Notes: generated by a model not told the origin, from the sequence alone. A DNA stretch of 64,000 nt from an uncultured Lentisphaerales bacterium (GCA_943788985.1 CALSSJ010000002.1:1-64000), one strand, 5' to 3'; counted from the stretch's first letter, positions 38,613-49,767 are shown. Program-made: numbers and translations.

Positions 38613-40541
38613 CTATTCTTCCCTGCCGATGGGTTCAGCAAGGTTGATCTGAATCTCAAAAATCTCGATGTTATCGTACGGGACATCCTTGTTAAACGAT
38701 ATAATTTCGGTCTCGGACTTCGTATTGTAGATTTCTGGCTGAAGGATGAGAATCTTGCGGAACTGCTGGGCGAGAATCGTCCCGCCCTTCTCGCTAATAC
38801 TCACCCGCAGTGACTGGCGAATTTCCTCTATGCGTTTCTTCCGCGCTGCAGGCGATAGCCCTTCGAGATCGGCCTTTTTGATGAGTTCCTCTTCCTGCAC
38901 CGGCGTGAACATAGGACGCGAAAAGGTGTCGGTCTCAGCGTCTTTTTCTGGAAGGAAGACACCCTGACCGCGCACCTTCAGCCAATTGAGATCGCCCTCT
39001 TTCGAGTCGTCTGCACTTTTGACTGTGTGGACCTGCGCGGAAAATATGATGTCAAGGTCACTGCCTTCTGGGCCCTGGTCCCCCTCGGCGGCGACCACCT
39101 GTGGCCCCTTCATGCGCTCGATTCCAGTGATCCATACGTCCATCGGCTTCGATCTTTGGATGGCATTCAGCAAGTCCAGCCAGCGATAACGCAAGCCGAG
39201 CGTACGGTCAAGATCGTTGATTTGGTCCTGTACTGCAGTGACTTGCTCCTGCTTCCGCTTGATCACTTTGACCTTAGCCGCAAGTTTTTCGATGAACTGC
39301 TGGTCTGTGGCTGTGGCTTCCTTGTACATGCCGTAGACTCGTTGCTCGATCAGAACAAGAAAGGTGAGTGCCGCGATCCAGACTGCAGCGGATGCGATCA
39401 GAAAGGGAACACGGTTGCGCATCAAGTGTTTTTTCTTGATTGACTCGGGCACCAGGTTGACATCAACCGGCACCTCCATCAAGTCATTCAGGCCGCGCAG
39501 TCCGACACCCACGACTTCAGCAAACAGGTGAGCATGCTCTTGCAGCGGCGCAACCATGTTGTCTTCGATGGTCACGATCTTAAACGGATTCAGATAGCTG
39601 ACTTCCATGCGCAGCTTCTCGGAGAAGAAGTGCTCAGTGTACATCATGGTCGAGCTACCACCGGCCAGATAGAGATGAGAGGGCTTGCGCCCCTTCTGCT
39701 GGGCCCGATACACGCTGATCGAGCGGTTGATCTCACCATGAAGGCGGGTCATGACGTTACGGACGATCTTGGAGATCGTCGCCGCTACTTCAGATTCAGG
39801 CTCTTCGTAGGCACCGCCCAAGGCAACAAAGCCGTGCGCCCGCTTGAGTGCTTCGGCCTCTTCGTTGCTGATGCCGAACTCTTTGGCAATCTGCTGCGTA
39901 ATTGAAAAACCGGCAATCGGAATCGTGCGCGCAAAGAAACGCCCGCCGTCGACAAAAAGAAGCGTGGTACAACGGCCGCCGATATTGAGTACCATCGAGC
40001 ATTCATTTTCGCCCACATGGTTCGCGCGGGCAACGTTGTAGAGCGCGGCAGGCGCAAAGTCTACAATCTCCGGCTCAAGGCCAGCATCAGTGATTGCACG
40101 GGCAACGGTCTCAACGATTTCGTTCTTGATCACCACGAACATGACTTCGAGGTCGCCGTCGTCTTCGCCGGTGGTAAACAGCTGATGATCCCAGATCACC
40201 TCGTTCATCGGGAACGGTACGTTTTGCTGCGCTTCATACTCGATGATCTGCAGAATGCGCGCCTCTTCCTCGCGCACGGGCGGGAGTTTCACGAATCGCA
40301 TGAACGCGGCCTGGCCAGACACGCTGACATGGCAGCGATCCGTGGTGAACTCCGTCTCCTCCAGTGCCTGACGGACCGCACTGGTAATCAACAGATGTCG
40401 ATTGGCTTCAGTCAGTAACTCAGAGTACTCGGTGACCTTGAAGTTCTGAAGGACCATCGAATCACTTGGGTAGGAAAACTCAGCCAGGCGGACCGCAGTG
40501 GATCCGACATCAATGCAAAGAATATTTGTCGAGCGTGCCAC
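38613..40541 (-). CDS. pilM: PilM-like actin-fold ATPase fused to PilN-like domain (Amuc_1101-like)
   Basis: IDVGSTAVRL, EAQQNVPFPMNEVIWD, LNIGG, YLAGGSS, LNPF, VNLVP followed by TM and coiled coil. Confidence 0.85.
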   Translation of the reverse strand: MARSTNILCIDVGSTAVRLAEFSYPSDSMVLQNFKVTEYSELLTEANRHLLITSAVRQALEETEFTTDRCHVSVSGQAAFMRFVKLPPVREEEARILQIIEYEAQQNVPFPMNEVIWDHQLFTTGEDDGDLEVMFVVIKNEIVETVARAITDAGLEPEIVDFAPAALYNVARANHVGENECSMVLNIGGRCTTLLFVDGGRFFARTIPIAGFSITQQIAKEFGISNEEAEALKRAHGFVALGGAYEEPESEVAATISKIVRNVMTRLHGEINRSISVYRAQQKGRKPSHLYLAGGSSTMMYTEHFFSEKLRMEVSYLNPFKIVTIEDNMVAPLQEHAHLFAEVVGVGLRGLNDLMEVPVDVNLVPESIKKKHLMRNRVPFLIASAAVWIAALTFLVLIEQRVYGMYKEATATDQQFIEKLAAKVKVIKRKQEQVTAVQDQINDLDRTLGLRYRWLDLLNAIQRSKPMDVWITGIERMKGPQVVAAEGDQGPEGSDLDIIFSAQVHTVKSADDSKEGDLNWLKVRGQGVFLPEKDAETDTFSRPMFTPVQEEELIKKADLEGLSPAARKKRIEEIRQSLRVSISEKGGTILAQQFRKILILQPEIYNTKSETEIISFNKDVPYDNIEIFEIQINLAEPIGREE

Positions 40542-40553
40542 TGATCCTGCGGG

Positions 40554-41240
40554 CTACTTCGATTCTTTGTCTGAGGTGATCAGTTCGTACTGATCATGGC
40601 TGGCATACACCCACGGCGTGTGCATCCGGGAAACCACGCCGTTAGCGCCTTGGCGAACCTCTTCCGAACTGAACCAGCTTCGACGGGTTGGTGTCTTCGG
40701 AAAGTTTTTGGGCTCTTCCACGCTGGGCTCCACATTTTTGCCATCGAACCAGGAGATCATTTTGGTGCGCCCGGCAATGGTGATCCGACAACGTGCCAGC
40801 AGTGTATCGCGCTTCAGGAGAATCTTCTTGTACCGATCATACGTCCTCGGGTGTATGTAGAGCACAGCACGATGCTCGCCGTCTACCTCCACATCGCCGT
40901 AGGTAATGGTGCGCTGAAAACGCACAGATGCCTCCTCGCTGGGCTTACCTGTCCGATCGGTCGCCGGGAAAACGACTGTCCAGTCAAACTGGATCGCGTC
41001 CACATAAAAATCGCCAGTGGGCGCGTTCTTTGTGAATTCCAAAGAATAGATCATTTCCAGGCGCATCCAGCGTTCATTTGCCGTGGGCGAGAGGTACTGC
41101 AAGCGCGGTGCTTCTTGACGGTAATCAACTGGGTCTAGTCGAATCTTATCGACTTCGACCTTCACGTGCTTCGCATACTCTTGCCCGCACACGGTCATGC
41201 ATGTGAGGAGTGTCGCCCAAGTTATTAATGGTTTCAGCAT
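40554..41240 (-). CDS. Amuc_1102-like secreted pilus-system protein
   Basis: Signal peptide; HRAVLYIHP and SRMHTPW motifs; first gene of the operon. Confidence 0.6.
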   Translation of the reverse strand: MLKPLITWATLLTCMTVCGQEYAKHVKVEVDKIRLDPVDYRQEAPRLQYLSPTANERWMRLEMIYSLEFTKNAPTGDFYVDAIQFDWTVVFPATDRTGKPSEEASVRFQRTITYGDVEVDGEHRAVLYIHPRTYDRYKKILLKRDTLLARCRITIAGRTKMISWFDGKNVEPSVEEPKNFPKTPTRRSWFSSEEVRQGANGVVSRMHTPWVYASHDQYELITSDKESK

Positions 41241-41328
41241 GCCTGTCTCCTGTCAAACAACGCAACACCCGTCACGGTAGAGTTAAGGCCACAACCTTAC
41301 TGTCCAGGGCGTCTGCCGCAACCAAGAA

Positions 41329-42303
41329 TCAGCGAAAATGCTTGGATGTTGCCAACTCCGAGGCGTCCCATGGACGAACTGCGGTGGTGGGGGCGACCGG
41401 GTCTTTAGCACGCCATACGTGCCCAGACTGCAGAGCCTGTGCCATTGCGCCGGGTACTTCCACCTCAGATTCGGCTACGATAATCATTTTCTCTTTGACT
41501 CTGGCACGCATCTCAAATTCTCGCGCAACTCCCATTGCTCGACGGCTTTCCGCGTGGGCCTGCGACACCAGCTTGTCAGCAGTCGCTTGTTCATCGCGTA
41601 GTCGCGCTCCGACATTGTCTTCGATCCCAACGTGTTCAATATCCACAGAGACGATCTCGAAGACGGTCCCCGTCCCAAGCCCATGCTCAAGGATGTAGCT
41701 CGTGATGAGGTCGGGGCGCTCGAGGATCTGCTGATGCGATTGCACCGTGCCGATTGCCGCGACAATCCCTTGGCCGACACGAGCCAGCACCGTTTCTGCA
41801 CCTGCACCGCCCACCAGCTTAGCGAGGTCGCTCCTGACTGTTATACGCACAGCGACGCTCATTCGCACTCCATCCTTGGCAACACCGCGAATTGTCTTCC
41901 CGGCTTCCTTCGGGCAACGCAGCACCGCCGGTGAGACGGCCGCGTCCACGGCCTGAAGAACATCGCGCCCAGCCAGATCAATGGCCGCGATCTGGTAGAA
42001 GTCGAACGGAAGCCCAGCCTTACTAGCGGAGACAGCCGCATCGACCACTGCCGAGACATCCCCTCCTGCCAAGTGATGCGCCTCAAGTGCGCTGACGTCT
42101 ACCGGCAGCCCTGCCTTATGGATGAGAACTGCGCGTTCAATCAACATTCGCGCATCAACCCGGCGCAAGACCATGCCAACCACATGCAAAGGCGTCAGGG
42201 GAACTTTGGAGGACGCAGCCTGTATCCACGCCGGCAGGAGACTGAGAAAGATGAACGCCGGGACAAGTGCGACCAGAACGACAATACCGAGTAGCCAGAT
42301 CAT
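41329..42303 (-). CDS. floA: Flotillin-like protein FloA (YqfA family)
   Basis: LEAHHLAGGDV, AAIDLAGRDVLQAV, VAKDG, LVGGAGAETVLARVGQGIV, AESRRAMGVA. Confidence 0.9.
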   Translation of the reverse strand: MIWLLGIVVLVALVPAFIFLSLLPAWIQAASSKVPLTPLHVVGMVLRRVDARMLIERAVLIHKAGLPVDVSALEAHHLAGGDVSAVVDAAVSASKAGLPFDFYQIAAIDLAGRDVLQAVDAAVSPAVLRCPKEAGKTIRGVAKDGVRMSVAVRITVRSDLAKLVGGAGAETVLARVGQGIVAAIGTVQSHQQILERPDLITSYILEHGLGTGTVFEIVSVDIEHVGIEDNVGARLRDEQATADKLVSQAHAESRRAMGVAREFEMRARVKEKMIIVAESEVEVPGAMAQALQSGHVWRAKDPVAPTTAVRPWDASELATSKHFR

Positions 42304-42318
42304 CTGCCCCGGCCTCGG

Positions 42319-43821
42319 TCAGCCCGTACTAGTGCGATAGTTCGGCGCATCTTTAATGATTTTGACATCATGCGGATGTGCCTCACGGAGACCGGCTGCA
42401 CTAACGCGAATCAACCGCGCAGTATTGGCCAACTGGGAGACCGTCCTCGCTCCGCAGTAGCCCATGGCAAAGCGAAGCCCACCCACGTACTGCGCAAGCA
42501 CATTCGCCACGCTCCCGCGAAATTGGACGAGGCCCTCGATTCCTTGCGGCACCAAGTCGTCACCGTCCTCTGTATCCGGATGGCTGTAACGCTCCCGGCT
42601 ACCTTTGTTAGATTTCATGGCCTCAACGCTGCCCATGCCTCGATAAACCACGTACCGGCGCCCCTGATGCAGAATCTTCTCACCGGGACTTTCATTCGTA
42701 CCAGCAAGCGCGGAGCCCATCATCACTGCGCTAGCACCAGCCGCCAGCGCCTTCGGCACATCTCCGGATTGCTTGATACCGCCATCGGCGATGACTGGCA
42801 CTTCCATGCCGATAGCCCGGGTGGTCTCGAAAATTGCCGTGAGCTGGGGAATGCCGACACCGGCCACGACTCGCGTCGTGCAGATCGAGCCGGGCCCGAT
42901 CCCGACCTTGATCCCGTCTGCGCCTGCGTCCACCAGTGCCTTGGCGCCAGCCCCTGATCCCACATTCCCAGCGATCACGTCCACGCCGGCATAGAGCCGC
43001 TTGATTTCACGGATCGTGTCGATCACACCCTTCGTGTGGCCATGAGCTGTATCGATCACCACCGCATCAACGCCAGCGCGGACCAGCAGCTCAGCGCGTT
43101 CTTCATCGTACGGCCCAATCGCGGCCACCGCACGCAAGCGATGGTGCGAATCGCGGTTAATGAGCGATTCTACGTTGTCAATCAGGCTCACCACGTCGTG
43201 GAAACTGTAGAGCCCCGCGAGATGCCCGGATCCATCGACGATCGGAAGCTTGCCCACGTGATGCTCAAGCATGGTTGCGAACGCCTGATCCAGCGTTGTG
43301 CCGACAGGAGCAGTCAGCAACTCGGTCGTCATCACAGACCGCACTTGCAGGCTGTAGTCGCGCAGGAACTTTAGGTCCCGCGCGGTCAGAATCCCCACCA
43401 GTTTATCGTTATCATCCACGATCGGGAAGCCGCTAAACGTATAGTTATTCCGGTCCTTTTCAGCGATGAGATCCTCAATCGTAGTATCCTGCCGAAACAC
43501 CACAGGCGACTCGATCAATCCATTCAGGTAGCCCTTCACCTTGCGGACTTCGTGAGCCTGAGTTTCGGGGGATAAATTCTTGTGGATCACCCCCACACCG
43601 CCGACCATTGCCATCCCGATGGCCATCTTGCCTTCGGTGACAGTGTCCATCGCGGCACTGGCAAAAGGAACACTCAATGAAATATTTCTGCTCAGCCTTG
43701 AGCGAACATCGGCCTCCTCGGGAAGGAAGTCAGCATATTGGACACACAACGAAACATCATCGAAAGTGAGGCCCTCACCTTCGAATCGAGCCATGAATGC
43801 CTCGAGACCCGGATTGCACAT
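42319..43821 (-). CDS. guaB: Inosine-5'-monophosphate dehydrogenase
   Basis: [18 protein letters not shown] pair, [32 protein letters not shown]. Confidence 0.97.
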   Translation of the reverse strand: MCNPGLEAFMARFEGEGLTFDDVSLCVQYADFLPEEADVRSRLSRNISLSVPFASAAMDTVTEGKMAIGMAMVGGVGVIHKNLSPETQAHEVRKVKGYLNGLIESPVVFRQDTTIEDLIAEKDRNNYTFSGFPIVDDNDKLVGILTARDLKFLRDYSLQVRSVMTTELLTAPVGTTLDQAFATMLEHHVGKLPIVDGSGHLAGLYSFHDVVSLIDNVESLINRDSHHRLRAVAAIGPYDEERAELLVRAGVDAVVIDTAHGHTKGVIDTIREIKRLYAGVDVIAGNVGSGAGAKALVDAGADGIKVGIGPGSICTTRVVAGVGIPQLTAIFETTRAIGMEVPVIADGGIKQSGDVPKALAAGASAVMMGSALAGTNESPGEKILHQGRRYVVYRGMGSVEAMKSNKGSRERYSHPDTEDGDDLVPQGIEGLVQFRGSVANVLAQYVGGLRFAMGYCGARTVSQLANTARLIRVSAAGLREAHPHDVKIIKDAPNYRTSTG

Positions 43822-43994
43822 AAAACAGTAACCTGATCAGTTAAACCTGTGGCGTTTCAGCCGCGGATTCCACTATAGCGAGCGGCTCAGCGCGCGCAAC
43901 GTGTGCACGAAGGATCCACCGAATCAGTGCCAACCCTGCGCATGACCAATGTCATACACCGTGGGGCAGCGAGCGCTCATCATTCCAGGCCTAA

Positions 43995-44154
43995 CAGTCA
44001 GTGGATAAACTCCCGTCGTCGCGAGAACGACAAATTTCGAGACTATTCGGGGCCTGGTGTCGAAAAATTGTAGCTTTCCCTCCTGTGTGCGAAGCCTGGC
44101 TGCAAGGTGCCCGAAAGGTGTGTTTGCAGTAGTCGCGAGTTTATCCACGAGATG
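43995..44154. mobile_element. 160-bp MITE, IS5-family-like, with CTAA target duplication
   Basis: CTAA|CAGTCAGTGGATAAACTC ... GAGTTTATCCACGAGATG|CTAA; perfect 12-bp inverted core. Confidence 0.65.
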
Positions 44155-44393
44155 CTAATCACACCGCTTTTGGCCGCAGGCTCACCATCTGCCACGCTCC
44201 AGGCAGCCTCCGCCAGCCTGCCTAACAGACCTTTATTCCACCATCCGGGACGCCCTAAAGCCCTTCGAACTGAACACTGCATTGCAGCACTGATTGGCCA
44301 GTCGAATCGCATTGAGTATATTGCACGCTACCCACTTTTCGGCGCGCTCTCGCTGCGTCCGCCTTTTACTGCTCACTGATAGGTTTTTCGGCC

Positions 44394-47300
44394 ATGGCAC
44401 TATTCGATCTGTTCCGCCCAAAGTGGCAGCATTCGGACCGAAATGTACGCTTGGAAGGCGTTGCAGACTTGGCCCCCACTGAAGTTGAGACCCTGCTCGA
44501 AATCGCTGCAGACGACAGCGATGAGGGCGTACGCATCGCCGCCGCAAAGAGGCTAGAACAGCCAGATCACTTACAGGCGCTGGCTGGACGCGACATCACC
44601 GCCCCAGTCATGAAAGCCGTCACTGAGAAGCTAAACCAGCACTACGCCGCAACCGTCCTGAACGGCACCGACGAGGCGATCCGGATGGAGGCACTTGACC
44701 GAATTGGCGACGAGAAGATCATGCAGGCCCTCGCGCGGGGCCTCAACGACTCACGCATCCGCGTCGCCGTCATTGAACGCATTGCCGACGTCACCAGCCT
44801 CCAGGGGTTAATCCGCGACGGTGTCGGCCGCGAAGCCGGGCTGGCAATCGTGGAGCGGATCTCGGCCCAGCCAGCCCTCAAGGACATTGCCGGACGTGCT
44901 TCAAACAAGGCAGTACGCCGTGCAGCCAAGGCCAAGCTTGACCAGCTAGACGCCGCGGCGACAGCGCAGGATCCGGAACGCGAACGCGCCAGCCAACTGA
45001 CCATCCTCTGCGAGGCTGCAGAGAAAGTTCAGGATTCATGGAGCTGGGATTTTGCAGAAGAGAAAGTCACCGCCGCGCAGACCGAATGGCAGCGGATCGA
45101 CCCGGCGGAAAGCCACGACCTCCGGGCACGATTTGACACCGCGGTGACTCACTTTCGCGACCGCCAAGAGAAGTTCCGCGAACAAATGGAAGAAGATCAG
45201 CGTAAAGCTGCCGACCGCGATGCATGCATCACTGCCCGACGGGATCTGTGCGAGAAACTGGAAGCCCACGTCGGCCAATTTGGCGAGACGGTCGATGACG
45301 CGGTCTCCGCCCTTGAACAAGCCTGGGACCAGGCCGAGCCCGTCCCGGACGACGTCCAGCGCGAGCTACAGGATCGGTTCCAGACCGCCAAGCAACGCTA
45401 CCTCTTCGAGCGAGCCTCAGCCGCCGACGCAGCCGCGAGACACGAGAAAGAGCAGAAACAGATCGAGAGCATTCTCGCTCACGCAGAAGAAGCCGTAGGG
45501 GAGCTAGAAAAAGGCCCGCAGAAAGCTGGAAGTGCGCTCACGCGCGGCATCAAGCAGTGGGCGGGCGTGGCCCGAAACGCCTCCGCTGAGGCCGCTGCTC
45601 GGTTTGCCGCGGCGAGTGCCGCGCTCACAACCGCTGCCGGCCTGCACGAAGCCCAACTAGCCGAGCGACGGGAGCAGTCCCTCGCCGCCATCGAACAAGT
45701 CTGCATCCAGATGGACGCGCACGCCGCTGGAGACGACTCGACCCGCGAGGACCTACAGGCCACTCGCAAAGCCTGGAAGGCCCTGCAACGCCGCGAAGAG
45801 ATGACCCAAGACCATCGTGACCGCTACTCCGCCGCCAGCGAGCTCGTGAACCAACGAATTCAGGAACGTCGCGAAGTCCAATCCATGGAGCGCTTCGCCA
45901 ATCTCTCGGCCAAGGAAGAGATGATTCGGGAAGTCGAAGCCCTCGCCGAAGACACCGACTTCCCGGCGGTCGCCAAAAGAATTCAAGAGATTCAGGCCCA
46001 ATGGAAGACCATCGGCTATGTCCCGCGCAAGCAGTCAGACGAGCTCTGGGCTCGTTTTCGTGCGGTCTGCGACGAACAGTACGCCCGCTGCAAAGAATTC
46101 TTCGGCAAGCAAGACGTCCTGCGCGATGCCGCAAAAGCCGCCAAAGAAGCGCTCTGCCAAGAGGCCGAGTTGCTCTCAGACAGCGAGGAGTGGAGAGCTA
46201 CCGCAGAGCTGTTCAAGGACCTGCTGGAACAGTGGAAACAAGCTGGTTCCGCCGGCCGAAAGTCGGACGAATATCTCTACGAGCGTTTCAACGCCGCCGC
46301 CTCCACGTTCTTCGAGGCCCGCAGAAAGTACCACCAGGAGCGAGACGCGCTGCGCGCCGAGAACCTCGAGATCAAGAAGGGCATTCTGGAAAGTGCACAG
46401 TCCCTCAGCGAGTCCATGGACTGGGCAGGAACAGCCACCGCTTATAAGAATCTCCAGCGTGAGTGGAAGGAGACTGGCCCCGGGCCACACAAGGAAGAGC
46501 AACCCATCTGGGAAGCCTTTCACGCCGCATCCAACGCCTTCTTTGGACGCCTTGATGAAGTCCGTGCAGATCACAGCAAAGCCCGCACCGGCCTGTGCGC
46601 AGAGCTCACCGAACTTCTCGCCATGGAGCCCGCTGCGTGGAATTTCTCCGTGCTGACGCCCAAGGTGATCGAGATTCAAAGAGAGTGGCGCCAGATTGGC
46701 CCTGGTCTTCGCGAGGAGGAGGGAAAACTTCGCAAGGAGCTCAAGTCCCTCTGCGACCGGTTTTTCGGCGAGCGCCGCAAGTGGTTTTCGCAATTGCAGG
46801 AAGAACGCGAGCAGAATGAAGCACGCAAGGCCGAACTCATCTACCGCGTCGAGGAACTATCCGAATCCGTAGACTGGCATGAAACCGCCACCGCCATCAA
46901 GGCTGTCCAAGCCGAATGGAAAGAGATCGGCCCCGTGCCCAGTGAGCAACGAGATGACCTGAACGATCGTTTCCGCGCTGCCTGCGACTCTTTTTTCCAA
47001 GGCCGAAACACGCATTTTGCCGAGCGTCATCACGACCGCCTCGACAACCAGCGAAAGCGAGAAGAGCTCTGCGTGCGCCTCGAGCAACTCGCGAAACTTG
47101 AGGCCCCGAAAGAAAAAAATGCTCCGGAGCTATCCATCGCCGATCAACTCAAGGCCGCATTCGAAGCTAATTTTGTCGTCAGCTCATCTGGAAACGACGA
47201 CAGTCGCTGGCATAATGCACAACCAGAAGTGCAACGCATTCAGGCCCAATGGAAAGGCTGCGGCCCCGTCCCTCGAGACCACGCGGACGACATCCAAAAG

Positions 47301-47612
47301 CGCTTCCGTCGTGCTATCGACGGATTCTATGATAACCGGCCAAAATCCGACGTTGTTGAGACGCCCGCAGACATGGCCAGGAACCTGAAAAAGAAACAAC
47401 AGCTTGCGGAAGACATTCAGCAGTATACTAAAGGGAACGACACCGCCCTTAATCTCCGCGACGTGAAACGACTCCAACGGCAATGGCGTGACACCGGACG
47501 CCTCAGTTCCCGAAAAGAATCAGATGCTTTGGAGAAAACGTTTTACGACGCGGTTGATCTCGTCTACGACGCTGTAAAGAAAAAAGAAGACCAGGAGTTC
47601 TCTCGCGCATGA
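44394..47612 (+). CDS. DUF349 repeat protein with HEAT-like N-terminus
   Basis: Repeated WKxIGxVP...LWxRFxxAxxxFF units; N-terminal FRPKWQHSD. Confidence 0.88.
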   Translation: MALFDLFRPKWQHSDRNVRLEGVADLAPTEVETLLEIAADDSDEGVRIAAAKRLEQPDHLQALAGRDITAPVMKAVTEKLNQHYAATVLNGTDEAIRMEALDRIGDEKIMQALARGLNDSRIRVAVIERIADVTSLQGLIRDGVGREAGLAIVERISAQPALKDIAGRASNKAVRRAAKAKLDQLDAAATAQDPERERASQLTILCEAAEKVQDSWSWDFAEEKVTAAQTEWQRIDPAESHDLRARFDTAVTHFRDRQEKFREQMEEDQRKAADRDACITARRDLCEKLEAHVGQFGETVDDAVSALEQAWDQAEPVPDDVQRELQDRFQTAKQRYLFERASAADAAARHEKEQKQIESILAHAEEAVGELEKGPQKAGSALTRGIKQWAGVARNASAEAAARFAAASAALTTAAGLHEAQLAERREQSLAAIEQVCIQMDAHAAGDDSTREDLQATRKAWKALQRREEMTQDHRDRYSAASELVNQRIQERREVQSMERFANLSAKEEMIREVEALAEDTDFPAVAKRIQEIQAQWKTIGYVPRKQSDELWARFRAVCDEQYARCKEFFGKQDVLRDAAKAAKEALCQEAELLSDSEEWRATAELFKDLLEQWKQAGSAGRKSDEYLYERFNAAASTFFEARRKYHQERDALRAENLEIKKGILESAQSLSESMDWAGTATAYKNLQREWKETGPGPHKEEQPIWEAFHAASNAFFGRLDEVRADHSKARTGLCAELTELLAMEPAAWNFSVLTPKVIEIQREWRQIGPGLREEEGKLRKELKSLCDRFFGERRKWFSQLQEEREQNEARKAELIYRVEELSESVDWHETATAIKAVQAEWKEIGPVPSEQRDDLNDRFRAACDSFFQGRNTHFAERHHDRLDNQRKREELCVRLEQLAKLEAPKEKNAPELSIADQLKAAFEANFVVSSSGNDDSRWHNAQPEVQRIQAQWKGCGPVPRDHADDIQKRFRRAIDGFYDNRPKSDVVETPADMARNLKKKQQLAEDIQQYTKGNDTALNLRDVKRLQRQWRDTGRLSSRKESDALEKTFYDAVDLVYDAVKKKEDQEFSRA

Positions 47613-48034
47613 AAACCTTACTCACGATCCTTACTTTAGCTCTCTTTGTCAGCTCCTGTGGCAAGCCGGCCGCAGACAAGTCTGCAACATCCGCCCCCTC
47701 TGTCCAGACCGCTGCACCCAGCGCAGCCGGTATCGTGAAAGAAGTCGCCGAAGCCGACTTCAAAACCGAGATTTCCCAGGGTATCACCATCGTAGACTTT
47801 TGGGCCCCCTGGTGCAAAGCATGCCTCATCCAAGCCCCAATCATGGACCAAATCGCAAAATCCAGTGCAGCCAAAGTCATCAAAGTTAACATCGATAAAG
47901 CAGAATCCACCGTCAACGGCTTGGGTATTGAAACCATTCCTACAGTCATTATCTTCAAGGACGGGGTTGAAGCAGAACGGTTCGTGGGCCTGACCGAGGC
48001 AAACGAGATTACCGCAGCGATCCCAGCTAACTAA
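47609..48034 (+). CDS. Thioredoxin-family lipoprotein
   Basis: Lipobox-like VSSC; DFWAPWCKAC; IPT. Confidence 0.85.
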   Translation: MKTLLTILTLALFVSSCGKPAADKSATSAPSVQTAAPSAAGIVKEVAEADFKTEISQGITIVDFWAPWCKACLIQAPIMDQIAKSSAAKVIKVNIDKAESTVNGLGIETIPTVIIFKDGVEAERFVGLTEANEITAAIPAN

Positions 48035-48060
48035 CCGCCAGCAGAATCCCGGTACCTGAC

Positions 48061-49767
48061 GTGGATAATTCTGATAGCCCCCCGATCTATCTCGTGCTGT
48101 CCGTGGTCATCACGGGCATTCTGCACGTGCTGTTGTGGCAGCTGTCCATGCATTGGACTGTCACTCCCTTCGGTCACCTTTCCGATGATCTCAACCGTCC
48201 CCAGCGCAATCTGACTGTAGAGAGCATCAACCTTGAGGAACAGGTCGAGCCGCCCAAGGTTCCCGAAAAGGCAAACATCCAAGATCGGTTACTCGAAGAA
48301 CAGCGCAAGCACCTCACTACCATCTTCGACCAGCAGCGTAATCCCGACCTGCCGAAGATCCAGCCACGCACCGCCATTGCCGCACTCAACCCGGCCGAGC
48401 GCCAGCGCGAGGCCATCCGCCCACCCGGGGCCATGCTCTCCTCCCCCCCACCCAAGATCATCGCTATCGATGCCGACCAGGTGCCGTTGGAGCGCCTGTT
48501 GAGCAAGCGCCGCACCATTCCGAGGGTAAAGCGCTACGACCTCCGCGGTCCCCGCGTTCCTTCCATGACCTCCGGCACGCCTGGTCCCCTTGGTACTGGC
48601 GCCGCGTCCATGTACAAGGTAAATCTCGGAGTGCGCCTACCCGCGCCCCCACGCATCAAGCCACCCCTTCCCACCCCAAAGCCCAATCTAGCACTCATCC
48701 AGGAGCGCACACCGGCGGTGGAACTGGAATCCTATGAGGATACCCACATTCTCGACTCCATGCTCGATGCCACCTTCGCAGCCCATACGGACCCGGGAAC
48801 CGCAGAGATCTACTACTCCTTTTCGATCAGGCCCAACGAACAGAGCGATGAAGTCCCCCCCATTCCGCGCGACATCCTCTTTTTGCTTGACGCCTCCGCC
48901 AGCATCTCCGATGAGGCACTCAACGAATACAAGGCTGGCATCCAGCTAGCCCTCGACTACCTCCAACCCGATGACGCCTTTAACATCGTCGTCTTCCGCG
49001 CAGATGCCCGAGCCCTCTTCTCCAGCTTCGTGGCCCCCACCCCCGAAAACATTCTCAAAGCCCGAAAATACGTCAAAGGCCAATCCACCCTTGGCAAGAC
49101 AGACATTTATACCAGCCTCGCGCCGTACGTGAATAGAAGCCGAGTCTCGAAACGACCCTACATGATCTTTCTCATTACCGACGGCAAAAGCACCACCGGC
49201 TCTAAGCTCGAGAATGACGACATGATCCGGCGTATTCTCGGCGAGAACACCGCCAACGCCTCCATCTTCTCCTTCAGCGCTGGCAGCAAAGACACAAACC
49301 GCTTTCTGCTCAACTTTCTCTCCTACAAGAACCGCGGCCTCTCCCTCCACGAGGAACGTCTTAGCGAAACCCACCGCACCTTCGTGCGCTATTTCGGTAG
49401 CCTTGCCGAAGTACTTGTTGCCGACCTCAACTACGACATCTCCGGGGCACTCGCCCATGACGCCTTTCCGCGTGAACTGCACCACCTCTTCCGCTCGCAG
49501 CCACTCGTCGTCTACGGACGCGCCAAAGCTGGCCAAGACATCATCGACCTGCGCGTCGTCGGCCGAAATCGCGATGGTGGCCGCGAAGAGTTAATTCTGC
49601 GCAAGCGCCTCAGCGAGGCCCAACCCGGCGGACAGTCCCTCGCCCTGCGCTGGGCCGCACAGAAAATCTACCACCTGATCGCCGAGCGCAGCATGGGCAA
49701 CAATCCGAACGCCGACGCAGAGATCGCAGCCTTGACCAAGAAATACAACATCGCCGTTCCCTACTGA
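48061..49767 (+). CDS. Membrane-anchored VWA domain protein
   Basis: N-terminal TM, Pro-rich linker, MIDAS DASAS, FLITDG. Confidence 0.85.
   Translation: MDNSDSPPIYLVLSVVITGILHVLLWQLSMHWTVTPFGHLSDDLNRPQRNLTVESINLEEQVEPPKVPEKANIQDRLLEEQRKHLTTIFDQQRNPDLPKIQPRTAIAALNPAERQREAIRPPGAMLSSPPPKIIAIDADQVPLERLLSKRRTIPRVKRYDLRGPRVPSMTSGTPGPLGTGAASMYKVNLGVRLPAPPRIKPPLPTPKPNLALIQERTPAVELESYEDTHILDSMLDATFAAHTDPGTAEIYYSFSIRPNEQSDEVPPIPRDILFLLDASASISDEALNEYKAGIQLALDYLQPDDAFNIVVFRADARALFSSFVAPTPENILKARKYVKGQSTLGKTDIYTSLAPYVNRSRVSKRPYMIFLITDGKSTTGSKLENDDMIRRILGENTANASIFSFSAGSKDTNRFLLNFLSYKNRGLSLHEERLSETHRTFVRYFGSLAEVLVADLNYDISGALAHDAFPRELHHLFRSQPLVVYGRAKAGQDIIDLRVVGRNRDGGREELILRKRLSEAQPGGQSLALRWAAQKIYHLIAERSMGNNPNADAEIAALTKKYNIAVPY

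Noticed and set aside
43822..44393. oriC between guaB and DUF349
   Set aside because: Only two DnaA-box-like sites, both explained as MITE ends with a CTAA duplication; no AT-rich unwinding element; skew polarity does not fit
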